Source: Eledone cirrhosa (Eukaryota). From it: a DNA stretch of 64,000 nt. This document shows positions 1 through 13,991 of the stretch, one piece after another (position 1 is the first letter of the stretch; each line of letters opens with the position of its first letter). The notes below the pieces were generated by a model, which saw only the letters and a program-made list of their open reading frames with translations, was not told the DNA's origin and made no database searches. The DNA lies in the NCBI GenBank assembly GCA_964016885.1, contig OZ024760.1, positions 30,504,001 through 30,568,000 of the forward strand, in the 5' to 3' direction. The position numbers and the translations under genes are program-made.

Positions 1-2163
1 ATGTAATGTAATGTAATTTAGTGTAATGTAATGTGTAATGTAATGTATAATGTAATGTAATGTAATGTAATATAATCTAATGTAATGTAATCTAATGTGT
101 AAAGTAATGTAATGTAATATAATGTAATGAGTAATGTAATGTAATGTAATGTAATGTAATGTAATGTGTAACGTAACGTAATGTAATGTAATGTAATGTA
201 ATGTAATGTGTAATGTGTAATGTGTAATGTAATGTAATGTAACGTAATGTAATGTAATGTGTAATGTAATGTAACGTAATGTAATGTAATGTAATGTAAT
301 GTAATGTAATGTGTAATGTAATGTAATGTAATGTAATATAATGTAAAGTGTAATGTAATGTAATGTAATGTAATGTGTAATGTAATGTAATGTAATGTAA
401 TGTAATGTAATGTAATGTAATGTAATGTAATGTGTAATGTAATGTAATGTAATGTAATATAATGTAATGTGTAATGTAATGTAATGTAATGTAATGTAAT
501 ATAATGTAATGTGTAATGTAATCTAATGTAATGTAATGTGTAATGTAATGTAATGTAATGTAATGTAATGTAATGTAATGTGTAATGTAATGTAATATAA
601 TGTAATGTGTAACGTAAGGTAACGTAATGTAATGTAATGTAATGTAATGTAATGTAATGTATGGTAATGTAATGTAATGTAATGTAATGTAATGTAATGT
701 AATGTAATGTAATGTAATGTAATGTAATGTAATGTGTAATGTAATGTAATGTAATGTAATGTAATGTAATGCAATGTAATGTAATGTAATGTGTAATGTA
801 ATGTAATGTAATGTGTAATGTAATGTAATGTAATGTAATGTAATGTGTAATTTAATGTAATGTAATGTAATGTAATGTGTAATGTAACGTAACATAATGT
901 AATGTAATGTAATGTAATGTAATGTAATGTAATGTAATGTGTAATGTAATGTAATGTAATGTGTAATGTAATGTGTAATGTAATGTAATGTAATGTAATG
1001 TAATGTGTAATGTAATGTAATGTAATGTAATGTAATGTAATGTGTAATGTAATGTAATGTAATGTAATGTAATGTAATGTGTAATGTAATGTAATGTAAT
1101 GTAATGTAATGTAATGTGTAATGTAATGTAATGTAATGTGTAATGTAATGTAATGTAATGTAATGTAATGTGTAATGTAATGTAATGTAATGTAATGTAA
1201 TGTCATGTAATGTAATGTGTAATGTAAGTTAATGTAATGTAATGCAATGTAATGTAATGTGTAATGTAATGTAATGTAATGTAATGTAATGTAATCTAAT
1301 GTAATGTAATGTATTGTAATGTAATGTAATGTAATGTAATGTAATGTAATGTAATGTAATGTAATGTAATGTGTAATGTAATGTAATGTAATGTAATGTG
1401 TAATTTCATTTAATATAATGTAATGTAATGTAATGTAATGTAATGTAATGTAATGTAATGTAATGTAATGTAGTGTAATGTAATGTAATGTAATGTAATG
1501 TAATGTAGTGTAATGTAATGTGTAATGTAATGTGTAATGTAATGTAATGTAATGTAATCTAATGTAATGCAATCTAATGTGTAAAGTAATGTAATGTAAT
1601 ATAATGTAATGAGTAATGTAATGTAATGTAATGTAATGTAATGTGTAACGTAACGTAATGTAACGTAATGTAATGTAATGTGTAATGTAATGTAACGTAA
1701 TGTAATGTAATGTAGTGTAATATAATGTAATATAATGTAATGTGTAATGTAATGTAATGTAATGTAATGTAATGTAATGTGTAACGTAATGTAATGTAAT
1801 GTAATGTGTAATGTCATGTAATGTAATGTAATGTAATGTAATGTAATGTGTAATGTAAGGTAACGTAATGTAACGTAATGTAATGTAATGTGTAATGTAA
1901 TGTAATGTAATGTAATGTAATGTAATGTGTAATTTAATGTAATGTAATGTAATGTAATGTAATGTGTAATGTAATGTAATGTAATGTAATGTAATGTAAT
2001 GTAATGTAATGTAATGTAATGTAATGTAATGTATGGTAATGTAATGTAATGTAATGTAATGTGTAATGGAATGTAATGTAATGTAATGTAATGTAACGTG
2101 TAATGTAATGTAATGTAATGTAATGTAATGTAATGTAATGTGTAATGTAATGTAATGTAATGT

Positions 2164-2223
2164 AATATGATATAATATAATATAATATAATATAATATAA
2201 TATAATATAACATAATATAATAT
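2164..2223 (+). repeat. (AATAT)n island, 60 bp, with a private GATAT monomer and one AACAT
   Basis: Read directly. Confidence 0.95.
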
Positions 2224-4602
2224 GTAATGTAATGTAATGTAATGTAATGTAATGTAATGTAATGTAATGTAATGTGTAATGTAATGTAATGTGTAATGTA
2301 ACGTAATGTAATGTGTAATGTAATGTAATGTAATGTAATGTAATGTAATGTAATGTAATGTAATGTGTAATGTAATGTAATGTAACGTAATGTAATATAA
2401 TGTAATGTGTAATGTAATGTAATGTAATGTAATGTATGTAATGTAATGTAATGTAATGTAATGTAATGTGTAATGTAATGTAATGTAATGTAATGTGTAA
2501 TGTAATGTGTAATATAATTTAATGCAATGTAATGTAATGTAATGTAATGTGTAATGTAATGTGTAACGTAATGTAATGTAACGTAATGTAATGTACTGTG
2601 TAGTGTAATGTAATGTAATGTAATGTGTAATGTAATGTAATGTGTAATGTAATGTAATGTAATGTAATGTAATGTAATGTAATGTGTAACGTAATGTAAT
2701 GTAATGTAATGTAATGTAATGTAATGTGTAATGTGTAACGTGTAATGTAATGTAATGTAATGTAATGTAATGTGTAATGTAATGTAATGTAACGTAATGT
2801 AATGTAATGTTATGTAATGTAATGTAATGTAATGTAATGTAATGTGTAATGTAATGCAATGTAATGTAATGTAATGTGTAATGTAATGTAATGTAATGTA
2901 ATGTGAAATGTAATGTAATGTAATGTAATGTGTAATGTAATGTAATGTAATGTGTAATGTAATGTAATGTAATGTAATGTAATGTAATGTAATGTAATGT
3001 GTAATGTAATGTAATGTAATGTAATGTGTAATGTAATGTAATGTAATGTAATGTAATGTAATATAATGTAATGTAATGTGTAATGTAATGTAATGTAATG
3101 TAATGTAATGTGTAATGTAATGTAATGTAATGTAATGTAATGTAATGTGTAATGTAATGTAATGTAATGTAATGTAATGTGTAATGTAATGTAATGTAAT
3201 GTAATGTAATGTAATGTGTAATGCCATGTCATGTAATGTAATGTAATGTGTAATGTAATGTAATGTAATGTAATATGTAATGTAAGGTAACGTAATGTAA
3301 TGTAATGTAATGTATTGTAATGTGTAATGTAATGTAATGTAATGTAATGTGTAATTTAATGTAATGTAATGAAATGTAATGTAACGTAATGTGTAATGTA
3401 ATGTAATGTAATGTAATGTAATGTGTAATGTAATGTAATGTAATGTAGTGTATGGTAATGTAATGTAATGTAATGTGTAATGTAATGTAATGTAATGTAA
3501 TGTAATGTAATGTAATGTAATGTAATGTAATGTAATGTAATGTAATGTAATGTACTGTGTAATGTCATGTAATGTAATATGAAGTGTAATGTAATGTAAT
3601 GTAATGTAATGTAACGTGTAATGTAACGTAATGTAATGTATTCTAACGTGTAATGTAATGTAATGTAATGTAATGTAATGTGATGTCTAATGTAATGTAA
3701 TGTAATGTAATGTAATGTGTAATGTAATGTGTAATGTAATGTAATGTAATGTAATATAATCTAATGTAATGTAATGTAATGTGTAAAGTAATGTAATGTA
3801 ATATAATGTAACGTGTAATGTAATGTAATGTAATGTAATGTAATGTAATGTGTAATGTAATGTAATGTGTAATGTAATGTAATGTACTGTGTAATGTCAT
3901 GTAATGTAATATGAAGTGTAATGTAATGTAATGTAATGTAATGTAATGTAATGTAACGTGAATATGTAACGTAATGTAATGTAATCTAACGGGTAATGTA
4001 ATGTAATGTAATGTAATGTAATGTAATGTAATGTAATGTCTAGTGTAATATAATGTAATGTAATGTATTGTAATGTGTAATGTAATGTAATGTAATGTAA
4101 TGTGTAATGTAATGTGTAATTTAATGTAATGTAATGTAATGTAATGTAATGTAATGTAATGTAATGTAATGTGTAATGTAATGTGTAATGTAATGTAATG
4201 TAACGTAATGTAATGTAATGTAACGTAATGTAATGTAATGTAATGTGTAATATAATGTAATGTAATGTAATGTAATGTGTAATGTAATGTAATGTGTAAT
4301 GTAATGTAATGTATAATGTAATGTAATGTAATGTAACGTAACGTAATGTAATGTAATGTAATGTAATGTAATGTAATGTAATGTAATGTGTAATGTAATG
4401 TAATGTAATATAATGTAATGTAATGTAATGTAATGTAATGTAATGTAATGTAATGTAATGTAATGTATGGTAATGTAATGTATTGTAATGTAATGTGTAA
4501 TGGAATGTAATGTAATGTAATGTAATGTAATGTAATGTAATGTGTAATGTAATGTAATGTAATGTAATGTAATGTAATGTGTAATGTAATGTAATGTAAT
4601 GT

Positions 4603-4657
4603 AATATAATATAATATAATATAATATAATATAATATAATATAACATAATATAATAT
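4603..4657 (+). repeat. (AATAT)n island, 55 bp, AACAT type
   Basis: Read directly. Confidence 0.95.
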
Positions 4658-5744
4658 GTAATGTAATGTAATGTAATGTAATGTGTAATGTAATGTAATG
4701 TAATGTAATGTGTAATGTAATGTAATTTGTAATGTAATGTAATGTAATGTAACGTAATGTAATGTAATGTAACGTAATGTAATGTAATGTAATGTGTAAT
4801 GTAATGTAATTTAATGTAATGTAATGTAATGTGTAATGTAACGTAATGTAATGTGTAATGTAATGTAATGTAATGTAATGTAATGTAATGTGTAATGTAA
4901 TGTAATGTAACGTAATGTAATGTAATGTAATGTGTAATGTAATGTAATGTAATGTAATGTCTAATGTAATGTATGTAATGTAATGTAATGTGTAATGTAA
5001 TGTAATGTAATGTAATGTAATGTAATGTGTAATGTAATGTGTAATATAATTTAATGTAATGTAATGTAATATAATGTAATGTGTAATGTAATGTGTAACG
5101 TAATGTAATGTAACGTAATGTAATGTACTGTGTAATGTAATGTAATGTGTAATGTAATGTAATGTGTAATGTAATGTAATGTATAATGTAATGTAATGTA
5201 ATGTAATGTAATGTGTAACGTAATGTGTAACGTAATGTAATGTAATGTAATGTAATGTAATTTAATGTAATGTGTAATGTGTAACGTGTAATGTAATGTA
5301 ATGTAATGTGTAATGTAATGTGTAATGTAATGTAATGTAACGTAATGTAATGTAATGTAACGTAATGTAATGTAATGTAATGTGTAATATAATGTAATGT
5401 AATGTAATGTAATGTAATGTGTAATGTAATGTAATGTGTAATGTAATGTAATGTATAATGTAATGTAATGTAATGTAATGTAACGTAACGTAATGTAATG
5501 TAATGTAATGTAATGTAATGTAATGTAATGTAATGTGTAATGTAATGTAATGTAATGTAATGTAATGTAATGTAATGTAATGTAATGTAATGTAATGTAA
5601 TGTAATGTATGGTAATGTAATGTATTGTAATGTAATGTGTAATGGAATGTAATGTAATGTAATGTAATGTAATGTAATGTAATGTGTAATGTAATGTAAT
5701 GTAATGTAATGTAATGTAATGTGTAATGTAATGTAATGTAATGT

Positions 5745-5799
5745 AATATAATATAATATAATATAATATAATATAATATAATATAACATAATATAATAT
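5745..5799 (+). repeat. (AATAT)n island, 55 bp, AACAT type
   Basis: Read directly. Confidence 0.95.
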
Positions 5800-6877
5800 G
5801 TAATGTAATGTAATGTAATGTAATGTGTAATGTAATGTAATGTAATGTAATGTGTAATGTAATGTAATTTGTAATGTAATGTAATGTAATGTAACGTAAT
5901 GTAATGTAATGTAACGTAATGTAATGTAATGTAATGTGTAATGTAATGTAATTTAATGTAATGTAATGTAATGTGTAATGTAACGTAATGTAATGTGTAA
6001 TGTAATGTAATGTAATGTAATGTAATGTAATGTGTAATGTAATGTAATGTAACGTAATGTAATGTAATGTAATGTGTAATGTAATGTAATGTAATGTAAT
6101 GTCTAATGTAATGTATGTAATGTAATGTAATGTGTAATGTAATGTAATGTAATGTAATGTAATGTAATGTGTAATGTAATGTGTAATATAATTTAATGTA
6201 ATGTAATGTAATATAATGTAATGTGTAATGTAATGTGTAACGTAATGTAATGTAACGTAATGTAATGTACTGTGTAATGTAATGTAATGTAATGTAATGT
6301 ACAGTAATGTAATGTGTAATGTAATGTGTAATGTAATGTAATGTATAATGTAATGTAATGTAATGTAATGTAATGTGTAACGTAATGTGTAACGTAATGT
6401 AATGTAATGTAATGTAATGTAATTTAATGTAATGTGTAATGTGTAACGTGTAATGTAATGTAATGTAATGTAATGTAATGTAATGTAATGTGTAATGTAA
6501 TGTAATGTAATGTAATGTAATGTAATGTAATGTGTAATGTGTAACGTGTAATGTAATGTAATGTAATGTAATGTAATGTAATGTAATGTAATGTGTAATG
6601 TAATGTAATGTAATGTAATGTGAAATGTAATGTAATGTAATGTAATGTAATGTGTAATGTAATGTAATGTAATGTGTAATGTAATGTAATGTAATGTAAT
6701 GTAATGTGTAATGTAATGTAATGTAATGTGTAATGTAATGTAATGTAATGTAATGTAATATAATGTAATGTAATGTGTAATGTAATGTAATGTAATGTAA
6801 TGTGTAATGTAATGTAATGTAATGTAATGTAATGTAATGTGTAATGTAATGTAATGTAATGTAATGTAATGTGTGAT

Positions 6878-9800
6878 GTCATGTCATGTAATGTAATGTA
6901 ATGTGTAATGTAATGTAATGTAATGTAATATGTAATGTAAGGTAACGTAATGTAATGTAATGTAATGTAATGTGTAATGTAATGTAATGTAATGTAATGT
7001 GTAATTTAATGTAATGTAATGAAATGTAATGTAACGTAATGTTTAATGTAATGTAATGTAATGTAATGTAATGTAATGTAATGTAATGTGTAATGTGTAA
7101 TGTAATGTAATGTAATGTAATGTGTAATGTAATGTAATGTAATGTAATGTAATGTAATGTAATGTAATGTAATGTATGGTAATGTAATGTAATGTAATGT
7201 GTAATGTAATGTAATGTAATGTAATGTAATGTAATGTAATGTAATGTAATGTAAGTAATGTACTGTGTAATATCATGTAATGTAATATGAAGTGTAATGT
7301 AATGTAATGTAATGTAAAGTAATGTAACGTGTAATGTAACGTAATGTAATGTAATCTAACGTGTAATGTAATGTAATGTAATATAATGTAATGCAATGTA
7401 ATGTAATGTGTAAAGTAATGTAATGTAATATAATGTAACATGTAATGTAATGTAATGTAATGTAATGTAATGTAATGTGTAATGTAATGTAATGTGTAAT
7501 GTAATGTAATGTACTGTGTAATGTCATGTAATGTAATATGAAGTGTAATGTAATGTAATGTAATGTAATGTAACGTGAATATGTAACGTAATGTAATGTA
7601 ATCTAACGTGTAATGTAATGTAATGTAATGTAATGTAATGTAATGTAATGTCTAGTGTAATGTAACGTAATGTAATGTAATGTGTAATGTAATGTAATGT
7701 AATGTAATGTGTAATGTAATGTGTAATGTAATGTAATGTAATGTAATGTAATGTGTAATGTAATGTCTAATGTAATGTAATGTAACGTAATGTAATGTAA
7801 TGTAACGTAATGTAATGTAACGTAATGTAATGTAATGTGTAATATAATGTAATGTAATGTAATGTAATGTGTAATGTAATGTAATGTGTAATGTAATGTA
7901 ATGTATAATGTAATGTAATGTAACGTAACGTAACGTAACGTAATGTAATGTAATGTAATGTAATGTAATGTAATGTGTAATGTAATGTAATGTGATGTAA
8001 TGTGTAATGTAATGTAATGTAATGTAATGTAATGTAATGTGTAATGTAATGTAATGTAATGTAATGTAATGTAATGTAATATAATGTGTAATGTAATGTA
8101 ATGTAATGTAATGTGTCATGTAATGTAATGTAATGTGTAATGTAATGTAATGTAATGTAATGTGTAATGTAAGGTAACGTAATGTAATGTAATGTAATGT
8201 GTAATGTAATGTAATGTGTAATGTAATGTAATGTAATGTAATGTAATGTGTAATGTAATGTAATGTAATGTAATGTAACGTAATGTAATGTAATGTAATG
8301 TAATGTAATGTAATGTAATGTGTAATGTAATGTAATGTAATGTAATGTAATGTGTAATGTAATGTGTAATGTAATGTAATGTAATGTAATGTAATGTGTA
8401 ATGTAATGTAATGTAATGTAATGTAATGTAATGTGTAATGTAATGTAATGTAATGTAATGTAATGTAATGTAATGTGTAATGTAATGTAATGTAATGTAA
8501 TGTAATGTGTAATGTAATGTAATGTAATGTAATGTAATGTGTAATGTAATGTAATGTAATGTAATGTGTAATGTCAGGTAATGTAATGTAATGTGTAATG
8601 TAATGTAATGTAATGTCATGTAATGTAATGTGTAATGTAAGGTAATGTAATGTAATGCAATGTAATGTAATGTGTAATGTAATGTAATGTAATGTAATGT
8701 ATTGTAATGTGTAATGTAATGTAATGTAATGTAATGTAATGTAATGTAATGTAATGTGTAATGTAATGTAATGTGTAATGTAATGTAATGTAATGTAATG
8801 TAATGTAACGTAATGTAATGTAATGTAGTGTAATGTAATGTGTAATGTAATGTGTAATGTAATGTAATGTAATGTAATATAATCTAATGTAATGTAATCT
8901 AATGTGTAAAGTAATGTAATGTAATATAATGTAATGAGTAATGTAATGTAATGTAATGTAATGTAATGTGTAACGTAACGTAATGTAATGTAATGTAATG
9001 TAATGTAATGTAATGTAATGTGTAATGTAATGTAATGTAACGTAATGTAATGTAATGTAATGTAATGTAATGTAATGTAATGTGTAATGTAATGTAATGT
9101 AATGTAATATAATGTAAAGTGTAACGTAATGTAATGTAATGTAATGTGTAATGTAATGTAATGTAATGTAATGTAATATAATGTAATGTAATGTAATGTA
9201 ATGTAGTGTAATATAATGTAATATAATGTAATGTGTAATGTAATGTAATGTAATGTGTAATGTAATGTAATGTAATGTAATGTAATGTGTAATGTCATGT
9301 AATGTAATGTAATTGAATGTAATGTAATGTGTAATGTAAGGTAACGTAATGTAATGTAATGTAATGTAATGTGTAATGTAATGTAATGTAATGTAATGTG
9401 TAATTTAATGTAATGTAATGTAATGTAATGTAATGTAATGTGTAATGTAATGTAATGTAATGTAATGTAATGTAATGTGTAATGTAATGTAATGTAATGT
9501 AATGTAATGTAATGTAATGTATGGTAATGTAATGTAATGTAACGTAATGTGTAATGTAATGTAATGTAATATAATGTGTAATGTAATGTAATGTAATGTA
9601 ATGTAATGTAATGTAATGTGTAATGTAATGTAATGTAATGTAATATAATATAATATAATATAATATAATATAATATAATATAATATAATATAATATAATA
9701 TAACATAATATAATATGTAATGTAATGTGATGTAATGTAATGTAATGTAATGTGTAATGTAATGTAATGTAATGTAATGTAATGTAATGTAATGTGTAAT

Positions 9801-10168
9801 GTGTAACGTGTAATGTAATGTAATGTAATGTAATGTGTAATGTGTAACGTGTAATGTAATGTAATGTAATGTAATGTAATGTAATGTAATGTAATGTGTA
9901 ATGTAATGTAATGTAATGTAATGTGAAATGTAATGTAATGTAATGTAATGTAATGTGTAATGTAATGTAATGTAATGTGTAATGTAATGTAATGTAATGT
10001 AATGTAATGTAATGTAATGTAATGTGTAATGTAATGTAATGTAATGTAATGTAATATAATGTAATGTAATGTGTAATGTAATGTAATGTAATGTGTAATG
10101 TAATGTAATGTAATGTAATGTAATGTAATGTGTAATGTAATGTAATGTAATGTAATGTAATGTGTGAT
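6878..10168 (+). repeat. HOR unit (about 3.29 kb), A-type, internally deleted after the AATAT island; near-copy of the next unit
   Basis: Shares the private TCAGGT variant (8575 vs 11841). It lacks the GTCTAATG..GTACTG..GTACAG block that follows the island in the 10169 unit. Confidence 0.85.
9642..9716 (+). repeat. (AATAT)n island, 75 bp, AACAT type
   Basis: Read directly. Confidence 0.95.
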
Positions 10169-13100
10169 GTCATGTCATGTAATGTAATGTAATGTGTAAT
10201 GTAATGTAATGTAATGTAATATGTAATGTAAGGTAACGTAATGTAATGTAATGTAATGTAATGTGTAATGTAATGTAATGTAATGTAATGTGTAATTTAA
10301 TGTAATGTAATGAAATGTAATGTAACGTAATGTTTAATGTAATGTAATGTAATGTAATGTAATGTAATGTAATGTGTAATGTGTAATGTAATGTAATGTA
10401 ATGTAATGTGTAATGTAATGTAATGTAATGTAATGTAATGTAATGTAATGTAATGTATGGTAATGTAATGTAATGTGTAATGTAATGTAATGTAATGTAA
10501 TGTAATGTAATGTAATGTAATGTAAGTAATGTACTGTGTAATATCATGTAATGTAATATGAAGTGTAATGTAATGTAATGTAATGTAAAGTAATGTAACG
10601 TGTAATGTAACGTAATGTAATGTAATCTAACGTGTAATGTAATGTAATGTAATATAATGTAATGCAATGTAATGTAATGTGTAAAGTAATGTAATGTAAT
10701 ATAATGTAACGTGTAATGTAATGTAATGTAATGTAATGTAATGTAATGTGTAATGTAATGTAATGTGTAATGTAATGTAATGTACTGTGTAATGTCATGT
10801 AATGTAATATGAAGTGTAATGTAATGTAATGTAATGTAATGTAACGTGAATATGTAACGTAATGTAATGTAATCTAACGTGTAATGTAATGTAATGTAAT
10901 GTAATGTAATGTAATGTAATGTCTAGTGTAATGTAACGTAATGTAATGTAATGTGTAATGTAATGTAATGTAATGTAATGTGTAATGTAATGTGTAATGT
11001 AATGTAATGTAATGTAATGTAATGTGTAATGTAATGTCTAATGTAATGTAATGTAACGTAATGTAATGTAATGTAACGTAATGTAATGTAACGTAATGTA
11101 ATGTAATGTGTAATATAATGTAATGTAATGTAATGTAATGTGTAATGTAATGTAATGTGTAATGTAATGTAATGTATAATGTAATGTAATGTAACGTAAC
11201 GTAACGTAACGTAATGTAATGTAATGTAATGTAATGTAATGTAATGTGTAATGTAATGTAATGTGATGTAATGTGTAATGTAATGTAATGTAATGTAATG
11301 TAATGTAATGTGTAATGTAATGTAATGTAATGTAATGTAATGTAATATAATGTGTAATGTAATGTAATGTAATGTAATGTGTCATGTAATGTAATGTAAT
11401 GTGTAATGTAATGTAATGTAATGTAATGTGTAATGTAAGGTAACGTAATGTAATGTAATGTAATGTGTAATGTAATGTAATGTGTAATGTAATGTAATGT
11501 AATGTAATGTAATGTGTAATGTAATGTAATGTAATGTAATGTAACGTAATGTAATGTAATGTAATGTAATGTAATGTAATGTAATGTGTAATGTAATGTA
11601 ATGTAATGTAATGTAATGTGTAATGTAATGTGTAATGTAATGTAATGTAATGTAATGTAATGTGTAATGTAATGTAATGTAATGTAATGTAATGTAATGT
11701 GTAATGTAATGTAATGTAATGTAATGTAATGTAATGTAATGTGTAATGTAATGTAATGTAATGTAATGTAATGTGTAATGTAATGTAATGTAATGTAATG
11801 TAATGTGTAATGTAATGTAATGTAATGTAATGTGTAATGTCAGGTAATGTAATGTAATGTGTAATGTAATGTAATGTAATGTCATGTAATGTAATGTGTA
11901 ATGTAAGGTAATGTAATGTAATGCAATGTAATGTAATGTGTAATGTAATGTAATGTAATGTAATGTATTGTAATGTGTAATGTAATGTAATGTAATGTAA
12001 TGTAATGTAATGTAATGTAATGTGTAATGTAATGTAATGTGTAATGTAATGTAATGTAATGTAATGTAATGTAACGTAATGTAATGTAATGTAGTGTAAT
12101 GTAATGTGTAATGTAATGTGTAATGTAATGTAATGTAATGTAATATAATCTAATGTAATGTAATCTAATGTGTAAAGTAATGTAATGTAATATAATGTAA
12201 TGAGTAATGTAATGTAATGTAATGTAATGTAATGTGTAACGTAACGTAATGTAATGTAATGTAATGTAATGTAATGTGTAATGTGTAATGTGTAATGTAA
12301 TGTAATGTAATGTAATGTAATGTAATGTGTAATGTAATGTAATGTAACGTAATGTAATGTAATGTAATGTAATGTAATGTAATGTAATGTGTAATGTAAT
12401 GTAATGTAATGTAATATAATGTAAAGTGTAACGTAATGTAATGTAATGTAATGTGTAATGTAATGTAATGTAATGTAATGTAATATAATGTAATGTAATG
12501 TAATGTAATGTAGTGTAATATAATGTAATATAATGTAATGTGTAATGTAATGTAATGTAATGTGTAATGTAATGTAATGTAATGTAATGTAATGTGTAAT
12601 GTCATGTAATGTAATGTAATTGAATGTAATGTAATGTGTAATGTAAGGTAACGTAATGTAATGTAATGTAATGTAATGTGTAATGTAATGTAATGTAATG
12701 TAATGTGTAATTTAATGTAATGTAATGTAATGTAATGTAATGTAATGTGTAATGTAATGTAATGTAATGTAATGTAATGTAATGTGTAATGTAATGTAAT
12801 GTAATGTAATGTAATGTAATGTAATGTATGGTAATGTAATGTAATGTAACGTAATGTGTAATGTAATGTAATGTAATATAATGTGTAATGTAATGTAATG
12901 TAATGTAATGTAATGTAATGTAATGTGTAATGTAATGTAATGTAATGTAATATAATATAATATAATATAATATAATATAATATAATATAATATAATATAA
13001 TATAATATAACATAATATAATATGTAATGTAATGTGATGTAATGTAATGTAATGTAATGTGTAATGTAATGTAATGTAATGTAATGTAATGTAATGTAAT

Positions 13101-13991
13101 GTAATGTAATGTAATGTGTAATGTAATGTAATGTAACGTAATGTAATGTAATGTGTAATGTAATGTAATGTAATGTAATGTAATGTAATGTCTAATGTAA
13201 TGTATGTAATGTAATGTAATGTAATGTGTAATGTAATGTAATGTAATGTAATGTAATTTGTAATGTAATGTGTAATATAATTTAATGTAATGTAATGTAA
13301 TGTAATGTAATGTAATGTGTAATGTAATGTGTAACGTAATGTAATGTAACGTAATGTAATGTACTGTGTAATGTAATGTAATGTAATGTAATGTAATGTA
13401 ATGTACAGTAATGTAATGTGTAATGTAATGTAATGTGTAATGTAATGTAATGTATAATGTAATGTAATGTAATGTAATGTAATGTGTAACGTAATGTGTA
13501 ACGTAATGTAATGTAATGTAATGTAATGTAATGTAATGTAAAGTGTAATGTGTAACGTGTAATGTAATGTAATGTAATGTAATGTAATGTAATGTGTAAT
13601 GTAATGTAATGTAATGTAATGTAATGTGTAATGTGTAACGTGTAATGTAATGTAATGTAATGTAATGTAATGTAATATAATGTAATGTAATGTGTAATGT
13701 AATGTAATGTAATGTAATGTGAAATGTAATGTAATGTAATGTAATGTAATGTAATGTGTAATGTAATGTAATGTAATGTGTAATGTAATGTAATGTAATG
13801 TAATGTAATGTAATGTAATGTAATGTGTAATGTAATGTAATGTAATATAATGTGTAATGTAATGTAATGTAATGTAATGTAATATAATGTAATGTAATGT
13901 GTAATGTAATGTAATGTAATGTAATGTGAAATGTAATGTAATGTAATGTAATGTGTAATGTAATGTAATGTAATGTAATGCAATGTGTAAT
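10169..13991 (+). repeat. Canonical higher-order repeat unit (about 3.82 kb), A-type
   Basis: Bounded by GTCATGTCATG landmarks at 10169 and 13992. It carries the ordered marker set AAGGTAACG, ATGAAATG, GTTT, ATGGT, two GTACTGTG..AATATGAAG modules, GTGAATATG, GTCTAG (10923), (AACGT)4 (11193), ATGAGT, AATTGAATG, AATAT island (12949-13023), GTACAG (13403), GTGAAATG. The same order recurs at 24522-28367. Confidence 0.9.
12949..13023 (+). repeat. (AATAT)n island, 75 bp, AACAT type
   Basis: Read directly. Confidence 0.95.

Larger units (their letters stand above)
4160..6440 (+). repeat. Tandem duplication, period 1142 bp
   Basis: AATGG at 4502/5644, AATAT islands at 4603/5745 and AATTTGT at 4726/5868 are all offset by 1142 bp. 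End points are approximate. Confidence 0.85.
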
